IMG/VR virus record: IMGVR_UViG_3300014205_000025
Span: 860-64,859 of that record
Length of the DNA stretch: 64,000 nucleotides
Direction: 5' to 3' (one strand)
Origin: a virus
Lineage: Duplodnaviria; Caudoviricetes
The notes under the pieces were generated by a model. That model saw nothing but the letters and a program-made list of their open reading frames with translations, ran no database searches and was not told the origin of the DNA. How positions within the stretch are numbered: the first letter of the stretch is position 1; every line of letters starts with the position of its first letter. Below are positions 36,663 to 49,000 of this stretch, one piece after another. The translations under genes and the position numbers were made by a program.

Positions 36663-36874
36663 CGCTTCTGGAATTTTGCGAGTTGTGCCAGTCGGAAGCG
36701 ACGTTCGCTCACGACCACAAGCCCGACAACAGCGGCCTTGACGATGGGCCTCCACTTCCTTGGCGCGGACCACGGAAGAAGGCCGATCCGGTCCCGGCTG
36801 AGATTGCTGCCGATCGTCGCAAGCGAGCATGGGAAACGAGGCGCGCGAAGTGGGGGCAGCATGGGCACCGATAA
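36659..36874 (+). CDS. Hypothetical protein
   Basis: ATGA overlap; CxxC near the N-terminus. Confidence 0.45.
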   Translation: MTLLEFCELCQSEATFAHDHKPDNSGLDDGPPLPWRGPRKKADPVPAEIAADRRKRAWETRRAKWGQHGHR

Positions 36875-36887
36875 GGATGAGAAAGCC

Positions 36888-37148
36888 ATGACCGACGAAA
36901 CCGGCGGGAAGCCGCGCCCATTCGACAAGATGCACGCCGGACTGATGGATGCGCTGGAATACGCCAAGGCGGACCCGATGACCCACGTCACCATCCCCAC
37001 CGCCGCCCTCACCGAACTGCTCGCGGCGGCCGAGGAATGCGCGGATGACCTGTTCTATTTTCTCGACGGGGAACCTGTCGACGGCGAACGGGGGTTTGCA
37101 ACCGTCCGCCGCCTCCGCGCGGCAGTGGCGCGGGTGAGGGGGGAGTGA
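36888..37148 (+). CDS. Hypothetical protein
   Basis: FDK..AGL.DAL.YAK motif; start re-called at 36888. Confidence 0.6.
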   Translation: MTDETGGKPRPFDKMHAGLMDALEYAKADPMTHVTIPTAALTELLAAAEECADDLFYFLDGEPVDGERGFATVRRLRAAVARVRGE

Positions 37149-37384
37149 TGGACATGCGGGAGAAGATCGCGCGGGCAATGTTTGGCACGTCTGCGTCGCT
37201 GGCCAGTTGGGAAGAACTGTTGCCGGAAATTCAAGGCTTCTGGTTGGACCTTGCCGACGCCGCCCTGTCCGCGATGGAGGAACCGACAGAGGCGATGGTG
37301 GATGCGGGGACGCGCGCCTACGACGAAGGGGACGGGGAATATGGCATCTTCTGCGCCATGATCCGCAAGGCAAAGGAGCGGTGA
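37145..37384 (+). CDS. Hypothetical protein
   Basis: REKIARA...A.AA..AM.EPTEAM..AG motif is common in alphaproteobacterial phages. Confidence 0.7.
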   Translation: MMDMREKIARAMFGTSASLASWEELLPEIQGFWLDLADAALSAMEEPTEAMVDAGTRAYDEGDGEYGIFCAMIRKAKER

Positions 37385-37456
37385 TGCGGTTGCGCTACCA
37401 CCCACCCACTCGCGTAATCGAACTACCCGAAATTTTCGGGTAGTTGCCCCACACAA

Positions 37457-37717
37457 GCCGCACGGCGGCAGGGAGAGAGTATGAGCAACCTCACGCCATT
37501 CCAGCGCAGCCAGATCGCGATGATGGAGCGGGTCATCCGCTTCCTTGCGTCCGTAGATCCCGCTGATGCCGAGGCACTGATATCCGACATGCCGGCAGAC
37601 CAGAAGGCCGCAATCATGAAGATTATGGCCGCGTCTCGTGCGGCCGTCGCGGAAGAGGCATCCGAACTTGTGAGCAATCCTCAATAGTTGCCGCACGGCG
37701 GCAGGGAGAGAGTATGA
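37457..37717 (+). repeat. 28-bp direct repeat covering RBS and start codon (37457-37484 and 37690-37717)
   Basis: GCCGCACGGCGGCAGGGAGAGAGTATGA is identical at both sites. Confidence 0.85.
37481..37687 (+). CDS. Small helical hypothetical protein
   Basis: Starts within the first repeat copy. Confidence 0.6.
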   Translation: MSNLTPFQRSQIAMMERVIRFLASVDPADAEALISDMPADQKAAIMKIMAASRAAVAEEASELVSNPQ

Positions 37718-37959
37718 CGGACCTATCAAGCCTGTCTAAGCATGCACTGGCCGCAGCAATGACAGGCGGAACCGAATCGTGGGGGGAGTGGGGATCGGCA
37801 GTGGATCATGTCCGATACATGGAAGCGAACACGTCCAAGCGGATGTGTCGGTGCGGATGCCGGAAGCGGGCCAATTGGTCCGGCCGTGCGAATGGCATCA
37901 CGCTGACGATGGGTTGCGAACTGACCATCCGCCGCTGGGTCAAAACCGGGCATCGGTAA
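37714..37959 (+). CDS. Small Cys-containing protein
   Basis: CRCGC...C motif; starts within the second repeat copy. Confidence 0.6.
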   Translation: MTDLSSLSKHALAAAMTGGTESWGEWGSAVDHVRYMEANTSKRMCRCGCRKRANWSGRANGITLTMGCELTIRRWVKTGHR

Positions 37960-37966
37960 AACAGAA

Positions 37967-37998
37967 ACCCCGCGAGCGCCTTGCGGCAGTCGCGGGGT
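37967..37998. terminator. Hairpin between convergent gene blocks
   Basis: ACCCCGCGA...TCGCGGGGT stem. Confidence 0.6.
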
Positions 37999-38063
37999 CC
38001 TATTGTCCGGCGCCGTGTGATCCAGTGACGGCGGCCGGCTCATTGGCGCCGGGCCGGTCTATT

Positions 38064-38444
38064 TCAGAACCACACACCCAGCACGGCAGCACTCTCTACC
38101 GCGCTGACCGGCTCCATCCCGTATGCGCTCAGGTCTACCCCGATTGCCTCCGGTGGGGTTGTGGCGCGGACATGGAGATAGATGTAGGCCGGATCGCCGC
38201 ACGCGGGACTGGTCTGCGGGTCGCCGTTCTCGTCCACGTATTCCACCGCCGCCCGCCCCCGCCGGCCGAGGAAGGCCGCATTCGTGAGGCTGGTCGGGTT
38301 GCCTGTGGCGTCGAGAGGGTCGCCCAGCATGTTGGTCGGGTGCTCCCCATCCAGCACGCCAGCCGCACGCAACGCGGCCAGGACAGCTACGGCCTGCGTC
38401 ACATTCGCGACCAGGAACCGATACCGATAATCGTGATAGGTCAT
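38064..38444 (-). CDS. Tail-fibre-associated small protein (assembly chaperone-like)
   Basis: Start re-called at MTYHD; ATGA overlap with the fibre gene; ends with an aromatic residue (GVWF). Confidence 0.6.
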   Translation of the reverse strand: MTYHDYRYRFLVANVTQAVAVLAALRAAGVLDGEHPTNMLGDPLDATGNPTSLTNAAFLGRRGRAAVEYVDENGDPQTSPACGDPAYIYLHVRATTPPEAIGVDLSAYGMEPVSAVESAAVLGVWF

Positions 38445-39427
38445 CCGATCCTCCGCATGGACACGCGTTGCAGGTGCCGCTCGCCGGCTGTTACGGCGGC
38501 AGTCGGCCACGCAAATGACCAGGACGTGCCGGTCACAGTAACCGTATCGGTGTATCGCGTGCCAGCCAACAATACAGACCCGCCGATCACATCGACTGAG
38601 TAGGTTCCCGACGGCACTGCCAGGGACAGAGCATCGACGGCGCGGGTGACGGCTGCGCCTGCGGTGCGAATAGGGGATGTGGCGAAGCCGCCAAGCTCCG
38701 CCTGCGACCACGCAATCCGAAGGGTGAAATCCAGGGTCCCGCCTGAGCTGAATATAGGCTGGATGGCTGGAACTACACGTTCAACACTCGCCCCGCCAGC
38801 CAGTGTGCCTGAGAACGAGAACCTCTTTGCCTCAAATGTCAATGATGGGGCTATATCCGACCCATACAGCACCGAAACGTAAACACCCGCTGCCGTGTGG
38901 GTCAGCATCGCGGGATAAATCCAGGTAATGCCGGTCAAGCTGCCAGCACGCAGCCCAACGGAAATGGAGTTAGACCACGCCTGCCCGCTTGCAGCAACGA
39001 TTTGAGTTAGCGTGTCGAACCGGAATATCAAATTTGTTCCGACTGTGGTCCCAGACACCCTGATGTCGATATATTCCTCTCCGATTGCGGTGGTCCCTAG
39101 CGCCTGCACGGCATAGGACAAGCCACCCGGGAGAGACGCGGCCCAGTTTGTCGGCAACGTCCCCGGGGTTCCGACCGCCGCCCCGACCATTGTGTTGTTG
39201 CGAACACCGTTTTCACGGGCAGGCTCAATCAGCAATCCGCGCAATGATCCCGTTGTCGGGTCGTAATCGTAACGCAACCCGTTCGTGCCGATCGTCTCCC
39301 ACGATCCAGCCGGATTGACCCTCATTCCGTCACTCGCCCGCGTGAAATCCCACACGCGCGATCCGTCGCCCATGAAGCTCCATGCGACCCGGTTGGACAG
39401 GATGATATCTCGGACGGCCGGCGTCAT
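38441..39427 (-). CDS. Fibre/spike protein with a lectin-like C-terminal region
   Basis: FTRAS.G..V...G.......RYDYDP.TG..RGLLIE..REN motif; QAELGGFATSPIRT....VTRA.D; TAATG coupling. Confidence 0.75.
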   Translation of the reverse strand: MTPAVRDIILSNRVAWSFMGDGSRVWDFTRASDGMRVNPAGSWETIGTNGLRYDYDPTTGSLRGLLIEPARENGVRNNTMVGAAVGTPGTLPTNWAASLPGGLSYAVQALGTTAIGEEYIDIRVSGTTVGTNLIFRFDTLTQIVAASGQAWSNSISVGLRAGSLTGITWIYPAMLTHTAAGVYVSVLYGSDIAPSLTFEAKRFSFSGTLAGGASVERVVPAIQPIFSSGGTLDFTLRIAWSQAELGGFATSPIRTAGAAVTRAVDALSLAVPSGTYSVDVIGGSVLLAGTRYTDTVTVTGTSWSFAWPTAAVTAGERHLQRVSMRRIG

Positions 39428-40035
39428 TACAGCACCACCGCATGAAGACGGACCTGACGCGCGACAGCCGCAGCAGTGTGTGCTCCGGCAGTGACCAGGA
39501 CGCCGTAGATGCTGGTGCCGGCCAACCTCATGTCGAAGTCGATATACTGCGCCTTGACGTAGAGCGCCGCGCCCCAATCGACCGGCGTGCCGAGGGCAAT
39601 CGACCCTAGGTAGGACGCCAGATCGCCGCTCGCCAGCGTCCAGGCGTCGTTGTCAGCCTGCGCTGACGGGGGCGTGACGCTGTAGAGGTGCAGGGTGTAG
39701 CTGGTCTGGCCGCCCGGGACGCTGGTCACGTCGATCTTGAGCGTGGTCGTCAGGATGCGGAGCAGGGATGCGCTCGGGATCGCGCTACCATCGGCGAACG
39801 TGAACGCAAGCGCCTGCGCGACGCCCATCAGATCGCCAGCGCCATAGGCAGCCGCCGCCGGGGTGAAGGAGGCGGAGGCGGATACTCCTGACGCGCCGAC
39901 CAGCAGCGCGCCGGAAGCCGCCACCGCCATCCCAGCGACCAGACCAGCCGGCGTCTTGCCGCCGATCACCATGACGTCTTCACCGCTCGGATCGGCGGAT
40001 GGCGTTGAGCCAACGGGGCGAATGGGTCCGGCCAT
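39427..40035 (-). CDS. Putative structural beta-sandwich protein
   Basis: 202 aa; AAGGAG RBS; lies in the tail operon. Confidence 0.6.
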   Translation of the reverse strand: MAGPIRPVGSTPSADPSGEDVMVIGGKTPAGLVAGMAVAASGALLVGASGVSASASFTPAAAAYGAGDLMGVAQALAFTFADGSAIPSASLLRILTTTLKIDVTSVPGGQTSYTLHLYSVTPPSAQADNDAWTLASGDLASYLGSIALGTPVDWGAALYVKAQYIDFDMRLAGTSIYGVLVTAGAHTAAAVARQVRLHAVVL

Positions 40036-40074
40036 GACGATGTGCTCCTTGTTCTCGGGTTGTTGGTGCGGCCC

Positions 40075-43000
40075 CTATCGGGCAGGGGGGCCGCCCATCA
40101 TGTTCTCCGCGCCGCGGCGGAACTGGTCAATCTGCGGCCTCAGATGCTTCGGCGCCTCCTCCAGCATCCTCCAGCCAGCCGGCATGTTGGCCGTGCCCAC
40201 GGCGTCGGACACCTGCTTTCTCGTGATCGGATGCCCTTCCCCGTTCGCCTTGGCGATGATTTCTCCCGCCCGGCGATAGTCCTTGTTCCGAACCGCCTGG
40301 ATGATATCGGCCATGTAGGCGGCTCGGTCGCGACGGTATTCCTCGATCGTCTGGGCAGTCTGCCGCATGCCGCTCCGCAGCGCCGTGACGCCTGGTGGCG
40401 TGAAGTTGAACGCCGCCCCCAGCAGTTGCAGGTTCGTCGGCTCATAGAGCAGCTTGCCCTGGCGCCTCCAGTCCGTCCATGCGGACTTCCCATCACCCAG
40501 CGCGTCGATGAACCCCCGCGATCCGATCGTCATGCCGTTGGCGGCTGCTTCCAGCGCCTTGAGCGGGTTCAGCCCTGGCGATAGCGCGGCCAGGCGGTCG
40601 ACCAGACCAGCGTTCTTGGCCGCGGCCTGCTGCTGCGCTGCCACCTTGCTCCACCAGGGGCCTGACAGATCTGACATGGCTTCCGGTAGCGCGCCGACAC
40701 CGAGCCCGACCGACTGCGAGATATCGGTGTAGAGCGCCGGCAGGCCTCGGGCGAACACCGTTGCCGTGTTGGCCGTCCAGCCGCCGACCGCCTGCCATTC
40801 CAGGACGGTCTGTTCGATGGCGCCTTGCGGGCTCCAGCCGTTGGTCAGCAGCTTGACGCCGGCGTTCATGACCTGGAAGCCCGGCAGCGCCAGCGCGCCA
40901 CCCAGAACAGCCATCATGGCGACCGTCTTTGCCACCTTCGCCGCCGGGATGGAAAATACCCGCGCGATCAGTTGGAACAGGAAGTTCTTGAACTGACCAG
41001 GCATGCGCGCCCACTGCTGGCGCAAAATCTCAGGCTTGTTCGCGTTGCCCATGTGGAACTGCGTGTCGCGCACCACCTTGGTTGCCTGCTCGAAGGCGTC
41101 CCGCGGAGTGTGCCCGGCATCGGTCGCGCGGGCATAGCCACCGAAGAAAGCGACGGCCCGGTTGATGTTTTCAGCCGACTGGAAAGCCCACATGCTGAAC
41201 TTCGCCAGCTTGCTCTCATGCTCGGCCAGCACCGGACCGGCTTCCGTGATGCGATAGAGCGTCTGGATCCCGGCCCGCTCCATCAGCCTGGTGTCGGACG
41301 TCGACTGTCCGCGCATGGCGGCCCAGGTCGCCGCGGCAGCCCGGTTCATGCCCCGCAGCGTGTACTTCAACCCGATTTCCGGGTAGGTGTTCACTGCGGT
41401 CTGCATCAGGTTGACCAGGGCGGATTTGATGTTGATCACCATGCCAAGCAGCATGTGCGCCATGCCGGTTGTCATGTGCGACGTGAACTGCCGGAACGGG
41501 AAGTCGGTGTAATGCTCGGGCGGCTGCCAGGGCACCGCCTTGCCGGTCAGGGTCTTGTACATCTGGTATCCGGCATACCCGCCGAATGCCGCGGAAATCA
41601 GCGGCGAGGCAGCGCCGGCAACGCCGAAGATGCCGGTGACGCTGGCCAGCGCGGTGCCAGCCAGGCCGGTCATCAGCACCGTTGCCGGCACCGGGAACCG
41701 GCGCAGGGCGGCGTCGATGGTTTCCTCGAACCCCTGCTTGCGGCCCATGACGTCATCCAGCCAGGACGCGAACGCCCGTTGCAGGGTCTTCCGCTCCTGC
41801 GTGACGATCCGATACGGCCCGATCCCCGCCTTCTCCATCGCCGTGATCGCCTGGAATTTCAGCTTGTCCATGGTGACATAGCGCACGGTCTGCCCGATGT
41901 GCGTCCGCATCACCCGGTCCATTTCCCGGGAGTAGCCCTCGGCACCTTCACGGTGCAGGCCTGGGCCATACATGCGCCTGCGGTTCTGCCGCCGGGCTAC
42001 ACCGGTCAGGATTTCATCGAGCGCCGGCCCGCGCAGCTCGACCTTTGACGCCAGGTTGCGCGCCAAGCGACCGAACGCCGCGTCCGATACCGTCGTGCCC
42101 TCGATGCCGACAGGCCACTGGATCTGCTTCGGCGCGATCAGCATTTCAGCGTCCGGGTTCTCGGCCTTGTAGGCAACGGCCGCGTCGATCGCCTCCTCGC
42201 GCGTGTTGTAGAAACCCTGGTCGGATGTGATCTCCGTTTTCTCGCGCTCGCCGGTCTCGGGATCTTCCTCGCCCAGCACCCACAGCCGCCAGGAGCCGTA
42301 GAACTTGTGTGGGACGTAACCCTTGACCCGCCCGCGCACGCCCGAGGCGTTCAGGCGAGCCTCCAGCGCGTCGATGTTGTCCTGCATGTCCGAAATCCGG
42401 GCCTGGATATCGGGGTCCTGCGCGCGCATGGCGCGGAGCTGGACGTTGATCGCCTGGATGGCCGCGGAGTCGACCGCCGGGTTTTTGCTCTTGCCGCGTG
42501 CAATGCGCCTGGTGAGCGTGGCACGCCGGCGATAGAGCCGGCCGGCCTCCGATCCGGGAACCTTGGCGTGATCCAGGATGCGCTCCAGCGCGTCGATCAG
42601 CCTCTGCTTCTCGGCGCGAACCTTGGGCATCATGTATCGACGGTGGTTGTCCACCAGCCGCGCCTGGGCCTCCAGTAGCTTGTGGAACGACATGAAGGCC
42701 TCGGCCTCGGCGTCGTCCAGGTCAAACTCGTTGAACAGGTCCGCCCTGGCATCGGCGTCGGCAATGTCCACCTGGTCGGCGTCACCCGCCCATAGCGCCT
42801 CTGTCACCTTGTCGAAGCTGCCTTCGGCGTCGTCGAGCGTCTTGCGGATCTGGTCATAGCGATGCACCAGCCTGGTGATCCACCGGCTTTGCAGTTCCTC
42901 CGCGCGAATCCCCGCCGCGATCACGGGGGCCAGTTCCGTATGCTGGAACACCAGCGTCGGCGTCTTGAACGGCGCCGTCAGGCTGGAAATGTCGCGCCGC

Positions 43001-46000
43001 TCAAGCGGCTGTTCGACCGTCACGCCATCCGGGACCTTGGTGCCGCTCCACAGCTTGGAGACAGCCGCATCGGTCGCCCGCTTGGTCCGCGCCGCCGCCT
43101 CCGCCAGCATCCGCTTCAACTCAGGAGACATGCCCGCCATGAGGCTGACGTCCCCTTCATCGGTGGGCAGTGTCAGGGCGCGCTCCAGTTCCGCCGCACG
43201 GCGGTCCTGCTCGGCCATATCCTGCGGGCCGCGGGGTGCCATGCGCGCCGTGGCGCGTGACCCTACCCGACCAGCCGTCGTCCTCTCGAAGACACCTTCG
43301 GCGGTCCGCAGCCCGCGGCCTTCCAGCGCGTTGCGGAAAGCACCCAGGAACCGCTGCGTCTTCTGCCAGGCCCGGCCCAGCACGCCACCGGTCGGAGCGT
43401 CCTTGTCGCCCCGGCTGGCAGAGGCGAAGGCCTCGGCAATCGCCTCCTCGATCTGGCGATCTTCCGGCAGGTTCGGATACCGCTTTGCCACATCGAAGCG
43501 TTCAACCCAGCCCTGCCGCCGGGCGGCCGCCTCCAGCGTCTTCCATTCCCCCGGGGAGAACAGTCCGAGGTTCCGCAGGACGTGGATGCTCTCGTGATGC
43601 AGGTTCCAGTGGAATCGCTCCGCCCGCGGCGCCTCGGCCACGCGCATGAGCCCGCCCATGGCGAACCCGCCGATATCGGCGCCTGCGTTCGTCGACATGC
43701 CGGCCTGTGCCGTCATCGTGCGGGGGATCGTCTGCACCCGGCCCTTGGGCCCGACGATCTTCTGCACGGCTTCGATAGAGGCTTGGGTTACGGCCGGATC
43801 GGTGGGGGCGATCGGCTCACTCTCGACGCTCTCCCAGCCTGACAGCGCCCGCGCCTGTTCTGGCGTCTGGCCGGCGGACAGCATGGGCTGGATGAACTCG
43901 CCCGTGTCGTCGAGCGTCATCGTCCATTTCAGGGAGAACGCTACCGCCTTGTCCGGGTCCTTGAGCGCGTCCGAGAAAGACGTTCCGGCCAGTTGAGCGG
44001 TTACGATCGCGAGGCGCTCGCGCTTGGCGTCCAGATCGGCAGCCTTCGCCCACGGCTTCCCCACCTGCTCGCGCAATTCGGGGATGCGCTTCCCAGCCGT
44101 CGCGGCGTGTGAGCGGACCTCGTCGGCCGTGCCCTTGAAGTCTACCAACCGCGTCCGGTTCAGCAAAACATCCAGGCCACCGCGGATCATGCCGACCCTT
44201 ACCTCGTGGCCCTCATTGTCCGACCAGTACGGGATCATCGTGCGGCCTGATTTCTCCTCCTTCAGAGAAAAGGCATACTCGGTAGTCGGATTGCGTCTGA
44301 AACTGCTGTGCCGCGCGTCGACCTCAACCGGCATGCCGTTGATCGTGATGCCATCGACAGTCATCCCCCGGCTTATGTGGGCATCAAAGGCCGCCACGAC
44401 GTCCACGGCCAGGACGCCAACGTCGATGTAGCTCTTGCCCTTGAAGGTCGCCTGGAAGTCCTCGGTCCCGAACGCCTGCGCGATCGCCCGATCAATGTTC
44501 GCCTGGGTTGTGTGCTTCTCGCCCCCGATCTCGATCGAATAGCGCGCCTTCTCGTCACCAGCCCTCTGGCGGACGATTGCGGCATCTGCGGCAGCCTTTG
44601 CCGACGTCCGGCTCCTGACAGTGCCCCCCTCGACGGTGGTGCTGCGCTTGTTGCTCGCTTCCCGCGCGTCTTCGATGCCCTTCTTCAATTCCGCATCGAA
44701 TGCTTCGTACCACGCCGCCGTTGCCGGTGCGTCCGCCACTGCCTTCTCGGCGGTGGCCAGTTCATCCCTCATGGCGGCCTGGGACTTGGTATAGGCGCGC
44801 TGCTGGATCTCCAGCTTCTGGATGTCGCCATCCAGCGTCACGCGCTCCACCATCAGCGGGTTTCCGGTCGCACGCGCCGCCATCTCGGCCATGCTTTCCG
44901 CCTCGGTGTCCTCGAACTCCATCATGAAGGAGCCGTCGTACTTGCGGATGCCGTTGATCGTCTTGAGCTTGCCCGCATTGAGCGACCACATTTTCGCGTC
45001 GGTGGTCATCTCGGTGGCGTAGGCGATGATCTCTACGGCGAAGTCGTCGCCGTATTTCTTCAACAGCAGGTTGCCCTGGCGGATGATGCGGCCTTCGCGC
45101 TGCTCGATGTCGGACGGCTTCCACGTCACGTCGACATGGTGCAAGCCGACAAGCCGGTCCTGCACGTTCGTCCCGGCGCCCATCCGCTGCGTCGATCCGA
45201 TCAATACCCGGATCTTGCCCGACCGCACCTGCGAGAACAGCGCCTTTTTCTGTTCGTCGGTCCCGGCCTCCTGGATGAACCTGATCTCGTCAGCCGGAAT
45301 ACCTTGCTGCACAAGCTGCTTCTTGATCTCCGCATAGGCGTTCCAGCCGCCGGCCAGTGCATCACGCAGCGCCTCGACCTCGGATGCGTTGAACTTCTCC
45401 AGCTTGTCCGCGGCGACGCCCTGGGCCTTCTCGTCCTGGTCCTCTATCGCCTTCTGCATCGCAGCGCGGGCCGCGTCATAGGCCTGAACGATCTTGTCGT
45501 CGCCCTTGGACGTGGGCACCGATCGATCCAGGAAGATCACCTGCGTCCCCAGGTCCTTCTCCCACTCTCGGTAGATGCGCGTGACGTTCTTGACCACGGC
45601 GCCGATCTTGCCCGTGCCGTCCTGCACCCTGGTCCTGGGATTGATCGCGCGCGCATCGAGCGACACCTTCCGCCCGCGATCCATGAGCCGGAACATTTCG
45701 GCGGACCGTTCCTTCGGGTCCCTGATGTCTTTCAGTCCCTCGAACCCTACCACCAGGTCCCGCAGGATGGCCCGCTGCTCAGGCGTCGGCGCGATCGTGA
45801 TCTGCTCGCGTTCGTCCCCATTGCGGCGATCTGACAGCACATCCGGGACCGGGAACTTCTGGCCCGGATTGTCCTCCGCAAATACCTCCTTCAAGTCCTG
45901 CAAGGTCACGGCATCCGTGACCGAATAGTACAGGTCCATGAGGGACTTCATGTTCATCCACTCGCGGCCGAGGCGGGTGACCTCCTTCATGCCGCCAGCC

Positions 46001-49000
46001 TCGGTCGGCTCCCACGCCGAGGCATAAGCCACGAACATCGACCGCCAGGCGTCGAAGTTGTCCAGGCCAAGCTCTTTCAGTTCCTTCGGCGCCAGGTTCT
46101 TGAGGACCAGATACATTTCCGAGGCGGAATTGCTGATCGGCGTGCCCGTCAGGAACGCAACCGACGAACCCGGCCGCTCGCGCAGCGACCGCAGTTTCAG
46201 ATGCAGGTCCATGGCCTTGTTCGACCCGGCCTTGTTCCCCATGCCTGATACATTGGTCAGGCGGGATGAATAGGACAGGTTCTTGAACTCGTGCGCCTCG
46301 TCGATGGTCAGATCGTCGATGCCCATTTCCTCGAACGTCAGCAGCCGATCCCGGTTGCCATCGCGCAGCTTTGCCAACCGAGCCTCAATCTTGGCGATCA
46401 GACGCTCCGCCTCGGCCACGCCGAATGGCTTACCCCAGCCGCCTTCTCCGCTTGCCGCCGCGGCTTCCTCCGCCTCTATGGCTGCGGCCATCGCGTCGGC
46501 CAGTTCCTCCATGAGGAAGCGTTCTTCGGTCGCCTGGTCCAGATCGATGAACCCGAACGAACTGTGCCCGATGATGACCATGTCATAGTCAGCGGACGCG
46601 ATCTTCGCGAACAGCCGGCGGCGGTTCTTGCGGTCAAAGTCGGCCTCGCCCGCCACCAGGATCTTCGCCCCGGGATAGAGCTTGGCAACATCGCCGCCCC
46701 ACTGCTCGGTCAGATGCTTGGGCACCACGACCAGGGCCTTGCGCGTCAGACCCATGCGCCGGCGTTCCATGATCCGGGCGATGGCAACGAACGTCTTGCC
46801 CGCGCCGACGACATGGTCATAGAGCACCACCGGATCGGTGACGCCTCGCCAGATGGCATTCATCTGGTGACGGCGCATCTTGATCATGCTGTCCGGGACC
46901 TTGCCCGGCAGCGTCAGATGCGATCCGTCCCGTTGGCGCAGGACACGGGTGTTGAACTTCTCGTTGAACACCTTGACCAGCCTTTGCCGCCGATCGTCGT
47001 CGCTATATGCCCAATCCAGGAACTCGTTGAAGATCTCGGCCGCCTTGGCTTCCGTCTCGGCCGTGGCTTCTTCCGCGAAGATCAAATTATCATCCTGGTC
47101 CCTATAGGTCACTCGCATCGACTGCGAGTTGAGCAGCCGGCTGACGATATCGTCCGTCTTTCGTGCGCGAGCAACGCTGGTCGACCACTGCACCTTCGCC
47201 GTGCCATCGGCCATCACCGAGAAGCTGTTGGTCTTCTCGCTGTACAGCACGGTGGCATGGTCATAGCCGAGCGACATGAGGAAGTCGGCGTAGATATCGG
47301 GCGGTATCCACCCGCTACCGATGTTCGGCGTGATCTGCCCGGCGTTCCAGTCCTCGGGCATGACCCCTTCCAGGGCCTTCACGTTCGCCTCCAGGCGGGC
47401 GTCCCTGGCGGCGTTCAGCTTGCGCCGCACCTGCCCAGACAGATAGCCGTCCTTCGGCTCCCACAGGTTCGTCTCGGGATCGAAGAACGCCAGCGGCGAG
47501 GCGCCCCCGGAAATGGCCTTCTCCGCGCCCGCGGCATCCGTGCCCAGCAATTCCGCCAGGCGGTCCAGGTCCAGCACCCCGCGCTCGCTCAACACCAATG
47601 CGATGGCGTCGGACGGACTATCCGCCTTCTCCGCCATCTTCGGGGGCGACGTGACCCGGCGGCTCATGATCGCCGCCTTGGTATACTTCGGGTCCTCTCG
47701 GGTCCCCACGTTCTCCTCCACCGAGAGGATCAACGCGCCGTCGGGCATGGTCGTGGCGATAGCGATGGATTTGGCGTTGTGCAGCAGGCCATGCTTCTTC
47801 ACGAAGGCGTCATAGGCCTTGTTCAGCTTCTCCCGGTTGGCGGTCAGCATTCGGTCGGGTGAGTCCTGCGTCTCCAAGGACAACTGCGTTTTCAGCAGTT
47901 CCCGGATGGGCAGCATGTCGGTCATCATTTCGATGCGCTCGGCGCCCCACTTGTCCCTGGTCGGGATGTCGGCGGTGGTGGCGTATGTCGTCGTGACCTT
48001 CTGGTTGTAGCGGGTCGGCTTGCCGTCGGCGTCCAGCACCTTCAGCGGCTTCTTGTCCGGCCCCTTTCGGTCCTGGGTCCGCTCCCACTTGCCGTCTCGC
48101 GTGTAGCTGTACTCGGGATTGAACGGCGTGTCGGCGGTCAGCGGGATCTCGCGCATCAGGGGCTTGCCGCCGCCGTAGACGGACACCACAACCTTGAGCC
48201 CGCCCTTGTCGGTGCGCGTGACGGCACCGACCTCCGCCCGATCGACGGCCAGGCGCATGGCGTCGGCCATCAGGTTGAACTGCTCCAGCGTCCTTTCCGC
48301 GATGTCGTCCCGCGGCCGCCCTGACGGCAGGCGTGCGATGGCCTTTGCCAGCATCGGCTCAAACTGCGCCGGGTCATCCAAGGTCACATTCAGCGCGGGG
48401 TCAGAACCATACATCGTGCCCGCCGCGGTGATCTTGCCGATGACCATGTCCGGTCGGCGGATGAAGTACTGGTTGGCGTTGATCATCGCATCAGACCCGG
48501 ACGGATCCCGGGTTGCCTCCGCGACGGTCCATGCCTCGATTTCGGCCTTGATCCGCGTGTAGAGCGCGTCCGGTTCCTTCGGCGCCTTACCCCCGGCTAG
48601 TTCAACGGCGACCTGTTGCGCGACAGATGCCTCCTCCCCGCTCCGCTTGCGGAAGAACAGGATGTCAGTCACGACCTCGGTGCCGGCATTCTCCTTGAAC
48701 GCCGTGTCAGGCAACCGGATTGCCCCGACAAGGTCGGCTCGCTTGGCCAGTTCAAGGCGGTTGCTGCGGTCAAGCGCGTCCATCAGGAAGTGCGACACGA
48801 CCATGGCCACCAGACCGCCTTCCTCGACGGCATCAAGCGATGCCTGGAAGAACTGGTTGTGGATGGTCTTCCGGTTGACCTCGGGGTTGTAGCGGAAATA
48901 CAGGCTCTCGTTGCCGAACGGCGGATTGCCGATCGCCAGGGCAAACTGGTTGCGAGGCAGCGGCACGCTCTGAATACCCGAGTGCAGCACCGAGGCGTTG

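Noticed and set aside
37384-37443. 19-codon ORF MRLRYHPPTRVIELPEIFG
   Set aside because: Too short to support; possibly a remnant next to the repeat cassette.
38441-39427. Fibre gene as a diversity-generating retroelement target
   Set aside because: No reverse transcriptase and no template/variable repeat pair found in the window.
40140-48088. Other same-strand alternative-frame ORFs inside the giant gene (e.g. 40493..41014, 44762..45124, 47810..48088, 51273..51479)
   Set aside because: They overlap conserved host domains, have low-complexity R/G-rich products and showed no convincing SD, unlike the two nested genes retained.
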